A DNA stretch of 64,000 bases from Candidatus Omnitrophota bacterium (GCA_016177405.1 JACOVG010000021.1:14434-78433); one strand, 5' to 3'. Numbered from the stretch's first letter, positions 19,901 through 28,651 are shown. Numbers and translations: made by a program. The notes: generated from the sequence alone by a model not told the origin.

Positions 19901-21974
19901 AAACCTGAGCAGGGTATCCCTTCGCCGCGAAGACGCTTACCGAGCGCAGGTCTCCAACTTTCTCCAGGGAGGCATCCTCCACCGGCAGCCTGTCGGTAAT
20001 GCCCTGGAAATGTTGATGCTTGGGGACGCTGACACCCACCTCCAGGCCGTTGTGAAAGACGCGATAGGCCGGGGCAAGAAGGAGGAGATCGATGACATCC
20101 TGGATCTCCGATAAGTTGATCTGCTGATCTCGATGATCCTTCCAAGCCAGGGTGATGTGGTCTTGAAAAACAGGAAACGGATTGGGCCAGATATTAAATC
20201 CCCGCCACCGGTAGGCCTTGAGTCCAGGAAAATTCACGGCCACCGTATCCTGACATAACGTGCAGCGCCGGTGATCTGCGAAACTACCTTCCAAATAACT
20301 CATTCCGCTGGTGTCTCGAGCCGGCCTAAACTGGACCCGCAGAGAAGTTCCCGGAAACAATCTCGGTGGATGCCCCTCGGCAGCCTGGGGGTCTTTCAGG
20401 GGGGGCAAGGCACGGGGAGCCATCCTCTGATGCCGCTGAATCGCCAAGAGCACATCGCCTAGGTTAGAAACTGTGCCGCGAGGCAATGGATCGTCTTCTT
20501 GCAGCAACCCTGAATTCAGAATTTCGTTCAGAAGGCGGAGGTTCTCTTGGTAAGGATGATTTTGACCCTCCGCCCATTCTCTGACCCGACTGACAACCGA
20601 CGGTGGCAGCTCCTCGAGACCACCATAGACCAAAAGATGGGCACCCTCCGGGAATTCATTCCGAATCAGCTCCGGCTTCTTCACCTGGAGAAGGAAGAAT
20701 ACATCTTTGGTCAAGGCGTTGTACCTCAAGTTCTCCCAGGTTCCCTGGCCTTTTGCAATCCGAAGATCTGCCCCCAACCACGCCTCTGTGAACTCGGGGG
20801 TCGCCCAGCGAAGATCCGTACCGGCAATATCCGACCCGCTGGAGATAACGGCGAGCCGACTTCTCCAATCCGGAATCTCTCGGAAGAAACGATCTATCTC
20901 AAGGCGCCCCAGCAAACCCTCGATGTCCTGTTTCGTCACGTCGTTGACCACCGGCCTGCCACGTCCAACCAAGGTAACCGAATGTCCCTGGGCCAGCATT
21001 TGCTTGATGAAAAGAAGATCCAAGACGGCTTCTCCCGCATTGTCCATAAGGAAAAGGACCTTCTGGTTCTGGCGCGACAGCTTGTCTCTTAATGGAGAGA
21101 AGTCGCTTCTGAAAAACCAGGAGGAACCTTGAGATGACGCCTCTCGGAGGCGCTCCTCGGTAACCCCCAACAGAACCGTGAGATCCCGGCTCGGTGCGGG
21201 ACCTTGGTCCAGCGCATTGCCAATGATTCCTGCCTGAAGACTTGCCAAAAGAGGGTTTTGGCTCGAACGAATGAGCTCTTCCAGTTTAGGTAATAAACCT
21301 AAGGCAATCTCATTGTCTTGCTTCTTAAGCGTCTTATAGGGATCTGGTTCTCCTGTGGCAACGCGGATCAGCTCATAGTGGATGGCCGCTGCCTGAGGAA
21401 AAGGCAGATCCTCTCCGCGAAGGGGGATGCCGGGAGAGATCTGACCTTGAAGCCTCGCAGAGAGCGCTTCCAGGAGACGATTGGCCAGATCCCGTTTGCG
21501 GGGATCGTCGGTAGACAGTTCAACCAGCTTACGGGAGACGGCTTGCAGGGGGTAAACCTTCTCTGAAACCTCTCTATGCTTAAGCGGACTTAAGATAAAA
21601 GGGGTTCCGGGCTGAATAAATCCTTCGGGAGGCCGTGGAAGCCGGGAGGGATGAAATGGCTCCAGGACGCGATCCAGGATTTCTCTTGGCGCAGCCCCTC
21701 CTGCAAGCGCCTCATCCCGGAGGGCTTGGCTCTCCCTCAAATCATCACTTAGATACCTCCCCTCCTCCAGGCCGGCCTGGAGGGACTCTTCGAGGCCGGA
21801 GAGCTTGGGCGGAGACTCGACGGTTTCCAAATCGCGCAGGCCTGCCTGCCGAAGCTCCGGCGAAGGCAGGGCCCTTCGACCAAACACAGGGTAAACTCCG
21901 GCGGAGGGCGGGAGGGTCAGTGAAATGCTGATCACAAACGAGACAAGGCGAGCAAACCATTTGCCTGGGTTCAT
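13911..21974 (-). CDS. Giant GLEE-punctuated multidomain protein (ARMT1/DUF89 phosphatase, HIT/DUF4922-like phosphorylase, duplicated helical unit, NAGPA-like phosphodiester glycosidase)
   Basis: 2687-aa ORF with signal peptide; GNALD/DNAGE/NDVT/AKGQG; NPFP..HIT...HQHFQG; SAIG...LGARDALLLGGS; 7 GLEE. Confidence 0.88.
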   Translation of the reverse strand: MNPGKWFARLVSFVISISLTLPPSAGVYPVFGRRALPSPELRQAGLRDLETVESPPKLSGLEESLQAGLEEGRYLSDDLRESQALRDEALAGGAAPREILDRVLEPFHPSRLPRPPEGFIQPGTPFILSPLKHREVSEKVYPLQAVSRKLVELSTDDPRKRDLANRLLEALSARLQGQISPGIPLRGEDLPFPQAAAIHYELIRVATGEPDPYKTLKKQDNEIALGLLPKLEELIRSSQNPLLASLQAGIIGNALDQGPAPSRDLTVLLGVTEERLREASSQGSSWFFRSDFSPLRDKLSRQNQKVLFLMDNAGEAVLDLLFIKQMLAQGHSVTLVGRGRPVVNDVTKQDIEGLLGRLEIDRFFREIPDWRSRLAVISSGSDIAGTDLRWATPEFTEAWLGADLRIAKGQGTWENLRYNALTKDVFFLLQVKKPELIRNEFPEGAHLLVYGGLEELPPSVVSRVREWAEGQNHPYQENLRLLNEILNSGLLQEDDPLPRGTVSNLGDVLLAIQRHQRMAPRALPPLKDPQAAEGHPPRLFPGTSLRVQFRPARDTSGMSYLEGSFADHRRCTLCQDTVAVNFPGLKAYRWRGFNIWPNPFPVFQDHITLAWKDHRDQQINLSEIQDVIDLLLLAPAYRVFHNGLEVGVSVPKHQHFQGITDRLPVEDASLEKVGDLRSVSVFAAKGYPAQVLVLEGSLRDDLADAGNRFLRLLDGRIARREMLGYNVLFARGPKEGAARIFIFPRVSYASSWAKERHLDGIGIASIEMGGVIITGNEKTYQAMKTDDAQKMLREVSVTPEQLRDFAREFLSGLEEGKRYRVDGWIPLLEYVHAKATEMSLRVAAAAPPAPNSDHEQAAISAWDWLTHIRQEKEILDQQSAQEVFEFLSTHWVWYKKASEGQQVTPRHIPKAALLKPPAPVAKPAAPPQPPSPSVEIPQVKVEIVEQKPWFPLLPVERKLRLHIGDIVIDSRRPKDFVAGINGLKKEGVELRSGWVMEARKGRGIRNAQGELSLGGLLGDHFLTLRMEKDEDDFRLQKERSTFRWKNLVNPDPKNKVTRDQLVRKLSRVLIRHAPTPSPPSGLEEQEEGSGSAPWDERVKELIGDLVAEKDANRRLDLTERRLPTFDESQRAAFLKALFWVREHPEVQAWLVDIFLAGTPQAELLRDAILHAVLSSSQEEHSDEALSSLALAVRDLPVQDGIRVHAAVKAALRLSGGVPWKAHGQLLLAYLLDGVKESQIRELEAKRGPIEPSHYLKIEALYQERVRIWSGLGDLYDGVVSALRNDSYVARLRAQIMETILAAEEGRLKKEELQEKVQRAIETIAEVVRYCTEVQQSLTEALEGDLASFARFRKLEKLIEIHGVAGEVLSMGRTSETAMAMRHHAGERAAAANRLYVLSRGLQYGLGVLPFELYANAMVDAETQSLLREIRTVKEPNQRMKKTSEELSQAASFQRVLFLEGLSWMVDDPEIQRFVSEVFLGKDPPAESVRAILLDDLLLSMMHDGTDRLLWAFGRMVGRLPNEQALQILDQTERLQGEGGPLAVIRMLLAIYVRDAIEQARIPKLQQEAQVSHTGVTPQNIKASEALQRIFLTRAENWKRFTSHPEVLRESPSVQMMGQMAAGVLETLGRMRLARAAEEGGAVPSGAIRLPDRQALIQSYTYYREAFLKELFSKTHPLVVALLLEKLIELEESYAVFMGDTASLARYAAGHGREALAYRRMLTELVTKMREAFEVSPQRDEQVVTGRASLSGAYFSERAMRTGRAFHGRLRQADQAWLEYVKTHHPKFSQACRRAVQEGIREAALVRRWYLQHGIESLGISPQLLAVLFQAASEGFTEEEKGSLRETREWVLAALFPGDEAGTVQRRALANGLIDSEPRPLGLAAYAEMNLPAIEEAWKEGQPSEAEQGRLIQELAVKSRQFLTADGMGSRRKRLGPGEAAWSVWVANALPVDRMAAAYGREIARILQADKGKAADWFAGAMEMLLFVRSGAFQEEKTLRGPYGLPIIFPWLLAKMRVFAEGREIGEKEFSAEQRANQLERIISSVRAEMLRAPERGDTEVQEGSLGDLTGSALGGLAYAAGFKMAVREGSPSQERALAAAVEYLNQAVSDRTSASLGEAIRRADAHFQLGGTAADTKPSPPAELPIQAGDRVHDRRLREWVVEEVDVQGKRARLQGMSGWVALSFLEKMPPLSSPPKNQGPPSAGLEEFVVGDPKSDPSGIGAIRSVTLRTGTQQASGQVFLVDSRQVQVVSWFNPEILDQDLPGDTLPQMLGDPALSDDQLPGRHFQEIIEEGRGSAEEEQAPRLIYASNSFQSNFWQPLGLLIVDGRLIRKTDKKRGLFQSEYRPLDGRFTVFVLAPLERLGLETVEIKNNQLVTGGISHAISGPALLRNGELVADQIEEAEVIKRDERGRPLGLDWRPDRVGWNPKTTQASFSAIGIDPAGKLIFLSMFGERMGERLSGVTVHQLASLLKELGARDALLLGGSQDVNQWDGTNLRSSPRRPQPAGGKGVERPFRPLNAALLVYPLIGYESGLEEKPVGVQAPVAEPVTKPMRFVVDTGKGDARVLELLRLAVQLRLGEQELPIRAAGVATAQELAQAQARLSDPLARRLLEAVTYVYLPGDEADHRRALNEAMARVQLPSPDFVIREVDQNWIEWYLAALKELGVRGLTPERILEEIEPLRTAA

Positions 21975-22001
21975 CGGGGAGCGGCCCTCTCTTTCAACGC
22001 A

Positions 22002-22031
22002 AGCTTACCCGATGTGAGGTGTTTTTGTCAA
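22002..22031 (-). promoter_or_regulatory. Putative sigma70 promoter of the 2687-aa gene
   Basis: Minus-strand TTGACA (22031-22026)-N18-TAAGCT (22007-22002). Confidence 0.45.
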
Positions 22032-22064
22032 GAGTGCAAAACTAGGTTTTTATACTTTTACAGA

Positions 22065-24044
22065 CTACGCGGGAGAGGGGGTGGGGTTGGGCTTGAGGGG
22101 GGCGGGGCCTTTGGGCAGGGAGGCGATCAGCTTTTCCACATCGGACTTAAGCTGCTGGGTCACGGCCCAGGTTTCCTTCACGAAGGAATCGCTGCCGGCC
22201 GGCGGATGGGCCTCGTGGTAATCCTCGATCACCTCGGCGCCCCGGTGGTCGTCCTTCTCCTTGGAGGTCTGGACGTCCTGGGCGATTTTTTCCTGCATCT
22301 GAATCAACTGCCTTAGAAGGTCGGCCGCGCCGCCGTTGGGAAATTCGTGGAAAAGGAGCCGCCTCTCATGCTCCCAGCGGGGGTTGGCGCTCGGCTGTTC
22401 CAAAAGCCGGGCAAGGTCAGCGGGCTTCCTGCCCCCGGCCAGCGCCGAGAGTTCCCGCTTCAAGCCGAGCAAGGCGTAGTAGCGGATGTAGAAGGTGTAG
22501 GTTTCGATCGCCTTCCTGCGGGAGTGCTCCAGGAGGTAGCTCTTGCCCAGCCCCTCCACATCCTTGGAGGTGTAAAGCTCCTTCACCTTGCCCACCTGAA
22601 GCCGCCGGCGGGCGTCCACCATCATCTCCACCAGCTCCGGCCGGAAAACCTCGAAGTCAAACTTGGAGCGCTTGGCCTTGTTCCGCTTGGCGTACTTGCC
22701 CTCGTTTCGCTTCACCATGTAAATGTTGTCGGAGAGCACCCACGCCGGCATGATCTCGGTGTAGGCCGGCGAGACGCCGGGGTACGCGGCCGCCGGGGTG
22801 TTGATGAGAGAGAAGGGGAAGCGCGCCTTCTGCGGAAGCATGGCGACCCCGCTGGCGATGATCGTGTAGGGGGAGCCGGTCAGGTCGGTGGGAAATTTGA
22901 TGTTGGCCCCCAGGCCGAAGAAGGTCCCCTCGCCCGGCCAGATCTCCTGATCCGGGGCCTTGGCGGTGTGGTTGGAGCCGATGTTGGCGCCGTAGCCGAC
23001 GTTCCCCTTCCCCTCCGGCCAGAGGGCGGCGATCAGCAGGGCCTGGTGATGGAAGCCGACGAACGGCCCCAGCAGGGCGCTCGTCACCTCTCCCTCGCCG
23101 ACACCGGTGTTGGGGCCTAAAATCGAATGGGTCACCTTGCCGTGGCGCTCCACGTGGGAATGCTCGGCAAGGAGCGAGGAGTCCACGATCGCCCCGGTGG
23201 TGACCTCGCTCGCCCATTGGAGGATGCTGGATTTGACGATCGCACCGTTGCCGATCTCGGTTTCCTCTCCCTCGGCGCTCAAGACCGTGGCCTCTTCCAC
23301 GGAGACGGCGTTGGCCACCTGGCCGGCCTGTCCCAGGAAAACCCCTTTCAACCTTGGCGTGTGAAGAATTCTGGCGGAGGCGCCGATCACGTTGCAGGGG
23401 CAGGTGACCGCCTTCACGTAGGCCGCCAGCGCGGCCGCGTAGTCGGAAAGAAGCTTGGTGTTCCCCCGCGAGCGGGCCAAGACCCAGGCCCCGTCCACGG
23501 TGAGCTCGGCAAAGAGGGGAACCTCCCGGCCGCCGGTTTCAATGGCGATGGCGGTTTCCAGGCCGTTGGCGAAGGAGGTTTCCTTCTCCAGGGTAAGACT
23601 TCCGACATCAAAGAGAACCGCCCCCTCGCCTACCACCGTCGCGTTGAGGAGCCGGACGTTGCGGATCAGGGCGTTCTTACCCACCACCACCCGGTCCAGC
23701 GTGGCGTGCGAGAGGCCGGCCGGGAACGCGGTTCCCTCAATCTCGACCGAGCCGGCCGCCCCGGAAAGAAGAACGGGCCCGGCAAAATGGCACCGGGAAA
23801 CCCTCTTGGGATCAAAGCCGCTTCCCGCCCCCACCGACTTCCAATCGCGGGCGGTGTTCCCCTGGGCGGTCAGGAGCTTGATCTGCGCGGGGGTAAGGGG
23901 TTTGAAGCCGGCCTTGCGGCGCTTTTCGGGGGAGACAGACAGCAAGGTGAAGAGGGCCCTGGCCTTGCCCGCCTCGCGAACGAACTCGGAGGCCGAAGAG
24001 GCCTCGCGCAGGGCCCTCACCACATCAAAGGATGGAACAGCCAA
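22065..24044 (-). CDS. DUF4954 family protein (left-handed beta-helix-like)
   Basis: L..QGN...W, ETGGREV, GEVTSALLGPFVGFHHQALLIA, GYGANIGSNHT, PFSLIN. Confidence 0.8.
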   Translation of the reverse strand: MAVPSFDVVRALREASSASEFVREAGKARALFTLLSVSPEKRRKAGFKPLTPAQIKLLTAQGNTARDWKSVGAGSGFDPKRVSRCHFAGPVLLSGAAGSVEIEGTAFPAGLSHATLDRVVVGKNALIRNVRLLNATVVGEGAVLFDVGSLTLEKETSFANGLETAIAIETGGREVPLFAELTVDGAWVLARSRGNTKLLSDYAAALAAYVKAVTCPCNVIGASARILHTPRLKGVFLGQAGQVANAVSVEEATVLSAEGEETEIGNGAIVKSSILQWASEVTTGAIVDSSLLAEHSHVERHGKVTHSILGPNTGVGEGEVTSALLGPFVGFHHQALLIAALWPEGKGNVGYGANIGSNHTAKAPDQEIWPGEGTFFGLGANIKFPTDLTGSPYTIIASGVAMLPQKARFPFSLINTPAAAYPGVSPAYTEIMPAWVLSDNIYMVKRNEGKYAKRNKAKRSKFDFEVFRPELVEMMVDARRRLQVGKVKELYTSKDVEGLGKSYLLEHSRRKAIETYTFYIRYYALLGLKRELSALAGGRKPADLARLLEQPSANPRWEHERRLLFHEFPNGGAADLLRQLIQMQEKIAQDVQTSKEKDDHRGAEVIEDYHEAHPPAGSDSFVKETWAVTQQLKSDVEKLIASLPKGPAPLKPNPTPSPA

Positions 24045-24048
24045 TGCC

Positions 24049-24816
24049 TTACGCCAGAACGAGGACGTGCGGTTCGGCCGGGTATTCCCGCGTCAGCTTG
24101 GCGGAGGCCGGCTTGTCCACGATGATCGTCGCCTTGGGATGCAGCTGAACGATCGTGGCCGGCACAATCGCCGTGATCGGTCCCTCGCAGGTGTTGGCGA
24201 TCGCCTCGGCCTTGCCCGCGCCGTTGGCCAGCAGGATGAGCTGGCGGGCGTCCATGATCGTGCCGATTCCCATCGTGATGGCGTACCTGGGAACCTCGTT
24301 CATGTTGCGGAAGAAGCGGGCGTTGTCCTGCCGGGTCCGGTCGTCCAGGGTCTTGACGCGGGTCCGGGAGCCCAGCGACGAGCCCGGCTCGTTGAAGGCG
24401 ATGTGCCCGTTGCCGCCGATCCCCAGAAGCTGGAGGTCCAGGCCCCCGGCCCGGATGATGTCCTCTTCGTACTTGCGGCAGAATTCCGGGATGTCCTTCG
24501 CGGTGCCGTCGGGGATATGGACGTTCTTGGCGTTCACGTTCAGGTGCTTGAAGAGGTTCTCCCACATGAAGAAATGGTAGCTCTGGGGATGCTCGTGGAC
24601 CAAGCCCACGTACTCATCCAGGTTGAAGGTGGTCACCTTGGAGAAATCCAGACCATCCTCTTTGTGCAGGCGGATGAGCTCCTTGTAGGTCCCCAGGGGG
24701 GTCGAGCCGGTGGCCAGCCCCAAAACGGCCCGGGGCTTGCGGCGGATCAAATCGGCGATCAGCTCCGCCGACAGGCGGGATACCTCGTCGTACGATTCCT
24801 TGACAATGACTTCCAT
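24049..24816 (-). CDS. nagB: Glucosamine-6-phosphate deaminase
   Basis: LGLATGSTP, FNLDEY, QSY, LGIGGNGHIAFNEPG, AITMGIGTI. Confidence 0.97.
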   Translation of the reverse strand: MEVIVKESYDEVSRLSAELIADLIRRKPRAVLGLATGSTPLGTYKELIRLHKEDGLDFSKVTTFNLDEYVGLVHEHPQSYHFFMWENLFKHLNVNAKNVHIPDGTAKDIPEFCRKYEEDIIRAGGLDLQLLGIGGNGHIAFNEPGSSLGSRTRVKTLDDRTRQDNARFFRNMNEVPRYAITMGIGTIMDARQLILLANGAGKAEAIANTCEGPITAIVPATIVQLHPKATIIVDKPASAKLTREYPAEPHVLVLA

Positions 24817-24937
24817 GGCTTTAGGGCGACTCCTTCTTTTGTTGGTTGTTGGGTTCTGATAATAAGGCTTTAGCGCGACCGTTCGCGAGGGGCCTTACGA
24901 GGCGAAACCTTATTATATAAGGAGACTCCCGGAGCCG

Positions 24938-26635
24938 TCAAGGGCTGGCCTTGGTCCGGCGCGCTTCCAGCAAGCCCTGAAGCTTGAGAAGCTCGGGATC
25001 TTCGGGGTGCACCTTGAGGGTCAGGTGAAGCTTCCGCTGGGCCTCGTCCAGCTCTCCGCGGCGGATCGCCAGCTCCACGTCGATCAGGGCCCAGTGGATC
25101 TCTTCCCGCGCCCCCCGGGGGACCATCGAACGCAGGCGGACCTGAGCTTCGTCCAGCCGGCCGGAGCGAAGATCCAGCGCGATCAGGTTGAAGGCGGCCG
25201 GGGTGAAGGAAGGGTCCGCTTCCAGGGCCCGGACGTATTGCTCCCGGGCCAGCGATTCCCGCCCGGCCCGATCGTAGGCCGTGCCCAGGTTGTTCAAGGC
25301 CTCGGCGTAGCGGGGTTGGCCGCGCAGCGCTTCCTGATAGTGCTGGATGGCTTGCTCCACGCGGCCGCGGCTTAACAGGATGTTTCCCAGGTTACTGTGA
25401 ACCTTGGCGCTGCCCGGAGGAAAACGGAGGGCCTCCTCATAAACCCGGACCGGCTCCTGCCAGACCCAGATCCGGTGAAGGCTGATGCCGCTTAAAAAAA
25501 GAATCCACAAGCCCGCCTCCAGGCCGATCCATTTGCGCCAGCGGGGCCGCGCCGCGGCCAGCCGGGCCTTGGCGGCCGCTGTCACCAGCGCCAGCCCCGC
25601 CAAGGGAAGATAGAGCCAGTGGTCGGCCATGTTCGGATCCAGCTGAACCACCAGCCCCGAAACCGGAAGCCAGGTCAGGAAGAACCACCCTGCCCCAAAG
25701 AGGAGGGCCCTGTCCCTTCGGAACCGCCACGCGAGCCAAAGAACCGCCGCCAGCGCCGCCGCCGGAAACCACACCGCCCCAGCGAACCAGGAGGTGACCC
25801 AAGGGATCCGGCGCTCCATGTGGAGATCCACCGGAAGAAGGAAGATTCGAAGGTAAGTGACGAGCATCCGGGGAACCGTGAAAATCCGGCCGGCCCATTC
25901 CAAGGGAGGCTGGTGCCCGCCGAATCCCAGATGGGCGCGGACAGCCAGGTAGAGCAAGAAAAGAAAGACGAGGGGCGCGAAAGGAATCCAGCGCTTGGCC
26001 CAGGGGATCGGCCGGCCCTGGTTCAGCGCCGTCCGATCCGCCCAGAGGAGAAGCAGGGGAAGGATGAGGCCGGCCTCCTTCGAAAGCCAAGCCGCGAGGG
26101 CGCCGGCCAGCGCCGTCAGGTACCAGAAAAAAGCCGAGGGCCCCGCGCCGCGCCGGAACTTGAGCCAGCCGATTACGCCCAGCAGAACCCCGCAAGCCGC
26201 CAAGGGATCCGCCCGCCCGGAAAGGTACCCGACCGCGGCGACCTGGACCGGGTGAACCAGGAAGATCAAGCCCGCGAAGAAGGCCGGGATGGACACACCC
26301 AGCAGAGTCCAGGCCAGGTAAAAGACGAGCGCCGTGTTGACAAGATGAAGGCTCACGCTCGTCAGGTGAAAGCCCAGCGGATTCAACCCCCAGAGCTGGT
26401 AATCCACCAGGAAGCTCACGCCCTGCAGGGGCCGGTAGTAGCTCTGATGAAACACCTCCTGATAAAAGGAGGGCCCAAAGAGGTCCGGAAAAAACCTCCA
26501 GGATCTTAGGAACCGGTCTTCGACGATCAGGAGCTTATCGTCCCAGAGGAAGGGGATTTGGAAGCTGGGCAGATACAAAAGGGCCCCGGAAAGAAATAGG
26601 GCCGCGAGGAAGAAAGGGTGGGCGCGTTTTACCAG
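24938..26635 (-). CDS. TMTC-like membrane glycosyltransferase (GT-C) with C-terminal TPRs
   Basis: WDD, YYRPL, FHLTS, HPVQV.AV.Y.SGR, SKE, ADHWLYLP, TPR NLG repeats; start uncertain (CTG 26635 or TTG 26578). Confidence 0.82.
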   Translation of the reverse strand: MVKRAHPFFLAALFLSGALLYLPSFQIPFLWDDKLLIVEDRFLRSWRFFPDLFGPSFYQEVFHQSYYRPLQGVSFLVDYQLWGLNPLGFHLTSVSLHLVNTALVFYLAWTLLGVSIPAFFAGLIFLVHPVQVAAVGYLSGRADPLAACGVLLGVIGWLKFRRGAGPSAFFWYLTALAGALAAWLSKEAGLILPLLLLWADRTALNQGRPIPWAKRWIPFAPLVFLFLLYLAVRAHLGFGGHQPPLEWAGRIFTVPRMLVTYLRIFLLPVDLHMERRIPWVTSWFAGAVWFPAAALAAVLWLAWRFRRDRALLFGAGWFFLTWLPVSGLVVQLDPNMADHWLYLPLAGLALVTAAAKARLAAARPRWRKWIGLEAGLWILFLSGISLHRIWVWQEPVRVYEEALRFPPGSAKVHSNLGNILLSRGRVEQAIQHYQEALRGQPRYAEALNNLGTAYDRAGRESLAREQYVRALEADPSFTPAAFNLIALDLRSGRLDEAQVRLRSMVPRGAREEIHWALIDVELAIRRGELDEAQRKLHLTLKVHPEDPELLKLQGLLEARRTKASP

Positions 26636-27174
26636 GGCTGGCGGCTCTCCTCGCCGGGGACGGCCCCGAAGGTCTTGTCCGGCTTGCCGTCGAAATCTTC
26701 GTCCACCCGCCCCCCGGCGATCTTGGTGCCCCCCAGGGCATAGTAGAACCAGGCGTCCGGTTTGCCATCGTGGTTCTTGTCCATGATCATGAGGTCCTTG
26801 ATGCCCTCTTTATAGTAAGACCAGGCGTCGGGTTTGCCGTCGAAGTTGAGATCCGCCCGTTCCCGAATCGCCAAGCCCTTCTCCATCTGACGCAGGAGGT
26901 CCGGCTTGCCGTCGCCGTTGCGGTCCACCTCGGAACGCTCCGGTTTTCCATCCTTGAAGTAGATCACGATCTCCCGCTTGCCGTCCCCCTGCCGGTCCCT
27001 CTCCACCCGGACCAGGAGATCCCCCTCGTAGAACTTCCACTCATCCGGTTTGCCGTCCTTGTTCGTGTCCAGGGCCTCAACCCGCTCCTTGGCCGCGAAA
27101 GCGGCGGAAGGCAAAAGAAACAGCGCCGTCATTGCGAGGACGCGAAGCGGACGAAGCAATCTCTCTTTTTTCAT
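26629..27174 (-). CDS. Exported protein with DxNxDGKPD Ca-binding-like repeats
   Basis: Signal peptide; six D.[ND].DGK.D-type repeats. Confidence 0.75.
   Translation of the reverse strand: MKKERLLRPLRVLAMTALFLLPSAAFAAKERVEALDTNKDGKPDEWKFYEGDLLVRVERDRQGDGKREIVIYFKDGKPERSEVDRNGDGKPDLLRQMEKGLAIRERADLNFDGKPDAWSYYKEGIKDLMIMDKNHDGKPDAWFYYALGGTKIAGGRVDEDFDGKPDKTFGAVPGEESRQPW
27128..27163 (-). repeat. REP/RPE-like palindromic element in signal peptide
   Basis: GTCATTGCGAG-gacgcgaagcgga-CGAAGCAATCTC; encodes RLLRPLRVLAMT. Confidence 0.9.
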
Positions 27175-27740
27175 TCTAGGAACCTCAAGGTTTCGTTCAG
27201 GTAATTGACCTTACGGTGGATCTCCTGCCCCGCCGAGGGCAGCCGCTGAAGATCGCTGCGCAGGGCCGAGGCGGTCGACTGCAAAGAGGCCACCAGATTC
27301 TTGCGCTCCTTGTTGCGGGGGCCCAGTCCCGAGGTGATCTCGTTGATCAGCTGGGCCACCTCCTTGAGCTCATCGAAGCGCCTAAGGCTCAAGGGGGCCA
27401 GATCGAACTCGCCGCGCGCCATCAGGTGGAGGTAGCGCTTGATCCGAACCAGGGGCCCGGCGATGGTGTGCGAGATGAACAGCGTCACCAAAAGCGCCAC
27501 CGGCACCAACAGGAGAAAACCCAGCGCCAGGCGCATGTAGATCAAACGGAGAACCTCCACCAGGCGCCCCTGCGGATAGACGTTGGCCAGCCGCTCCACC
27601 AGGTGCGACCACCCGGTGACGTAAACCACCCAGACCGAGATCCCAAAGAAAACAGCCAGAAGCAGGAAGGTCACCAGCATCATGCGCAGCTGCAGGGAAC
27701 TGTCCGTGACAAACTGCGTGCGCTTGAATTTGTCCGCCAT
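27171..27740 (-). CDS. 2-TM HAMP-domain membrane protein
   Basis: Two TM helices; SHTIAGPL.RI...GEF....LRRFDEL. Confidence 0.8.
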   Translation of the reverse strand: MADKFKRTQFVTDSSLQLRMMLVTFLLLAVFFGISVWVVYVTGWSHLVERLANVYPQGRLVEVLRLIYMRLALGFLLLVPVALLVTLFISHTIAGPLVRIKRYLHLMARGEFDLAPLSLRRFDELKEVAQLINEITSGLGPRNKERKNLVASLQSTASALRSDLQRLPSAGQEIHRKVNYLNETLRFLE

Positions 27741-27766
27741 CTAAGGCACTCCTTTTATTATTATCA

Positions 27767-28651
27767 TTACTGCCGAACCACCCGAAGGTCCCGGTGAACG
27801 GTCAAGGTCAGCCCTTGGCCGCGGGACTTCTCCACCTGAAGCTGAACCTCCTTGAGGGGCAAGTAGCGGGTCGCCTGTCCGTCCACGGCGGCGACACGGT
27901 CGCCGGCGAGCAATCCCGCGCCCGAGGCGGAACCTCCCGGGTCCACCGCGGCCACGGTCAACCCCATCCTCTCCGTGGAAAACCGGAAGCCCGGCCAGGC
28001 AGGCTGCGCGGGGCCGGCGGGGATGAGTTCGATCCGCCGCGCGAGGGTGATCTTGGCCATCGACCCGCCGGGCCCCAGGAGGAGATACGCCGCCTCCCGA
28101 ACCGGCAAGAAGGCCAGCGACTCTCCCCAGACCGCCGTCAACCGGTCGCCGGCGGCGATTCCGGCGCGCTGGGCCTGCGACCCGGGCTCCACCGACTGGA
28201 CCTCGGGGTATCCCTCGCCGGCCTTCAACCGCAGGCCCCAGCGCGTCAAGAGCTCGCCGGACAAATCGGCGGACAGCGTAAGCGAAGGGACGCCGCGCTT
28301 GGCTTTGAGATCGGCCGCCCGGTTCAGGGCGTCATCGGCCTCCTGAAATTCCGGGTAAATCTGCAGGGCCTTGCGAAAGAGCCCCTGGGCAACGGTGAAA
28401 TCGCCGCCGGCCAGCGACCGGTTTCCCAGGTACAGGTAGTTGCGCTCCGGATCGTCAAAGAAGATCTCGTCAATCTCGCCGCGCGCGATCACCCGTTCAC
28501 CGTCCACGGTGCTGACCACAATCCTGTCCCGGTGTTCCTCCACCACCAGCCCCTTCAGCTCCTCGCCGGAGGTGAAGTAGATCGCGTCCGCGAAAGCGGT
28601 GGAAAGAAATAAGAACGACATTGCGAAGGCCCCAAGCAATCTTGTTTTCAT
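27767..28651 (-). CDS. Exported protein with TPR-like segment and two PDZ domains
   Basis: V.PGS.A.RAGI.AGD.L.AV and VDPGG.A..AGLLAGD.V.AVDG; ATGA overlap at 28651. Confidence 0.82.
   Translation of the reverse strand: MKTRLLGAFAMSFLFLSTAFADAIYFTSGEELKGLVVEEHRDRIVVSTVDGERVIARGEIDEIFFDDPERNYLYLGNRSLAGGDFTVAQGLFRKALQIYPEFQEADDALNRAADLKAKRGVPSLTLSADLSGELLTRWGLRLKAGEGYPEVQSVEPGSQAQRAGIAAGDRLTAVWGESLAFLPVREAAYLLLGPGGSMAKITLARRIELIPAGPAQPAWPGFRFSTERMGLTVAAVDPGGSASGAGLLAGDRVAAVDGQATRYLPLKEVQLQVEKSRGQGLTLTVHRDLRVVRQ
28617..28643 (-). repeat. Short REP/RPE-like element in signal peptide
   Basis: GACATTGCGAAGGCCCCAAGCAATCTT; encodes RLLGAFAMS. Confidence 0.75.

Noticed and set aside
20030-23570. NGLEV (HIT module) and NGLET (DUF4954) as GLEE variants
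   Set aside because: Inside folded domains and lacking EE; not counted. CGLEA (~56680), PGIEE and RLEE were also excluded.
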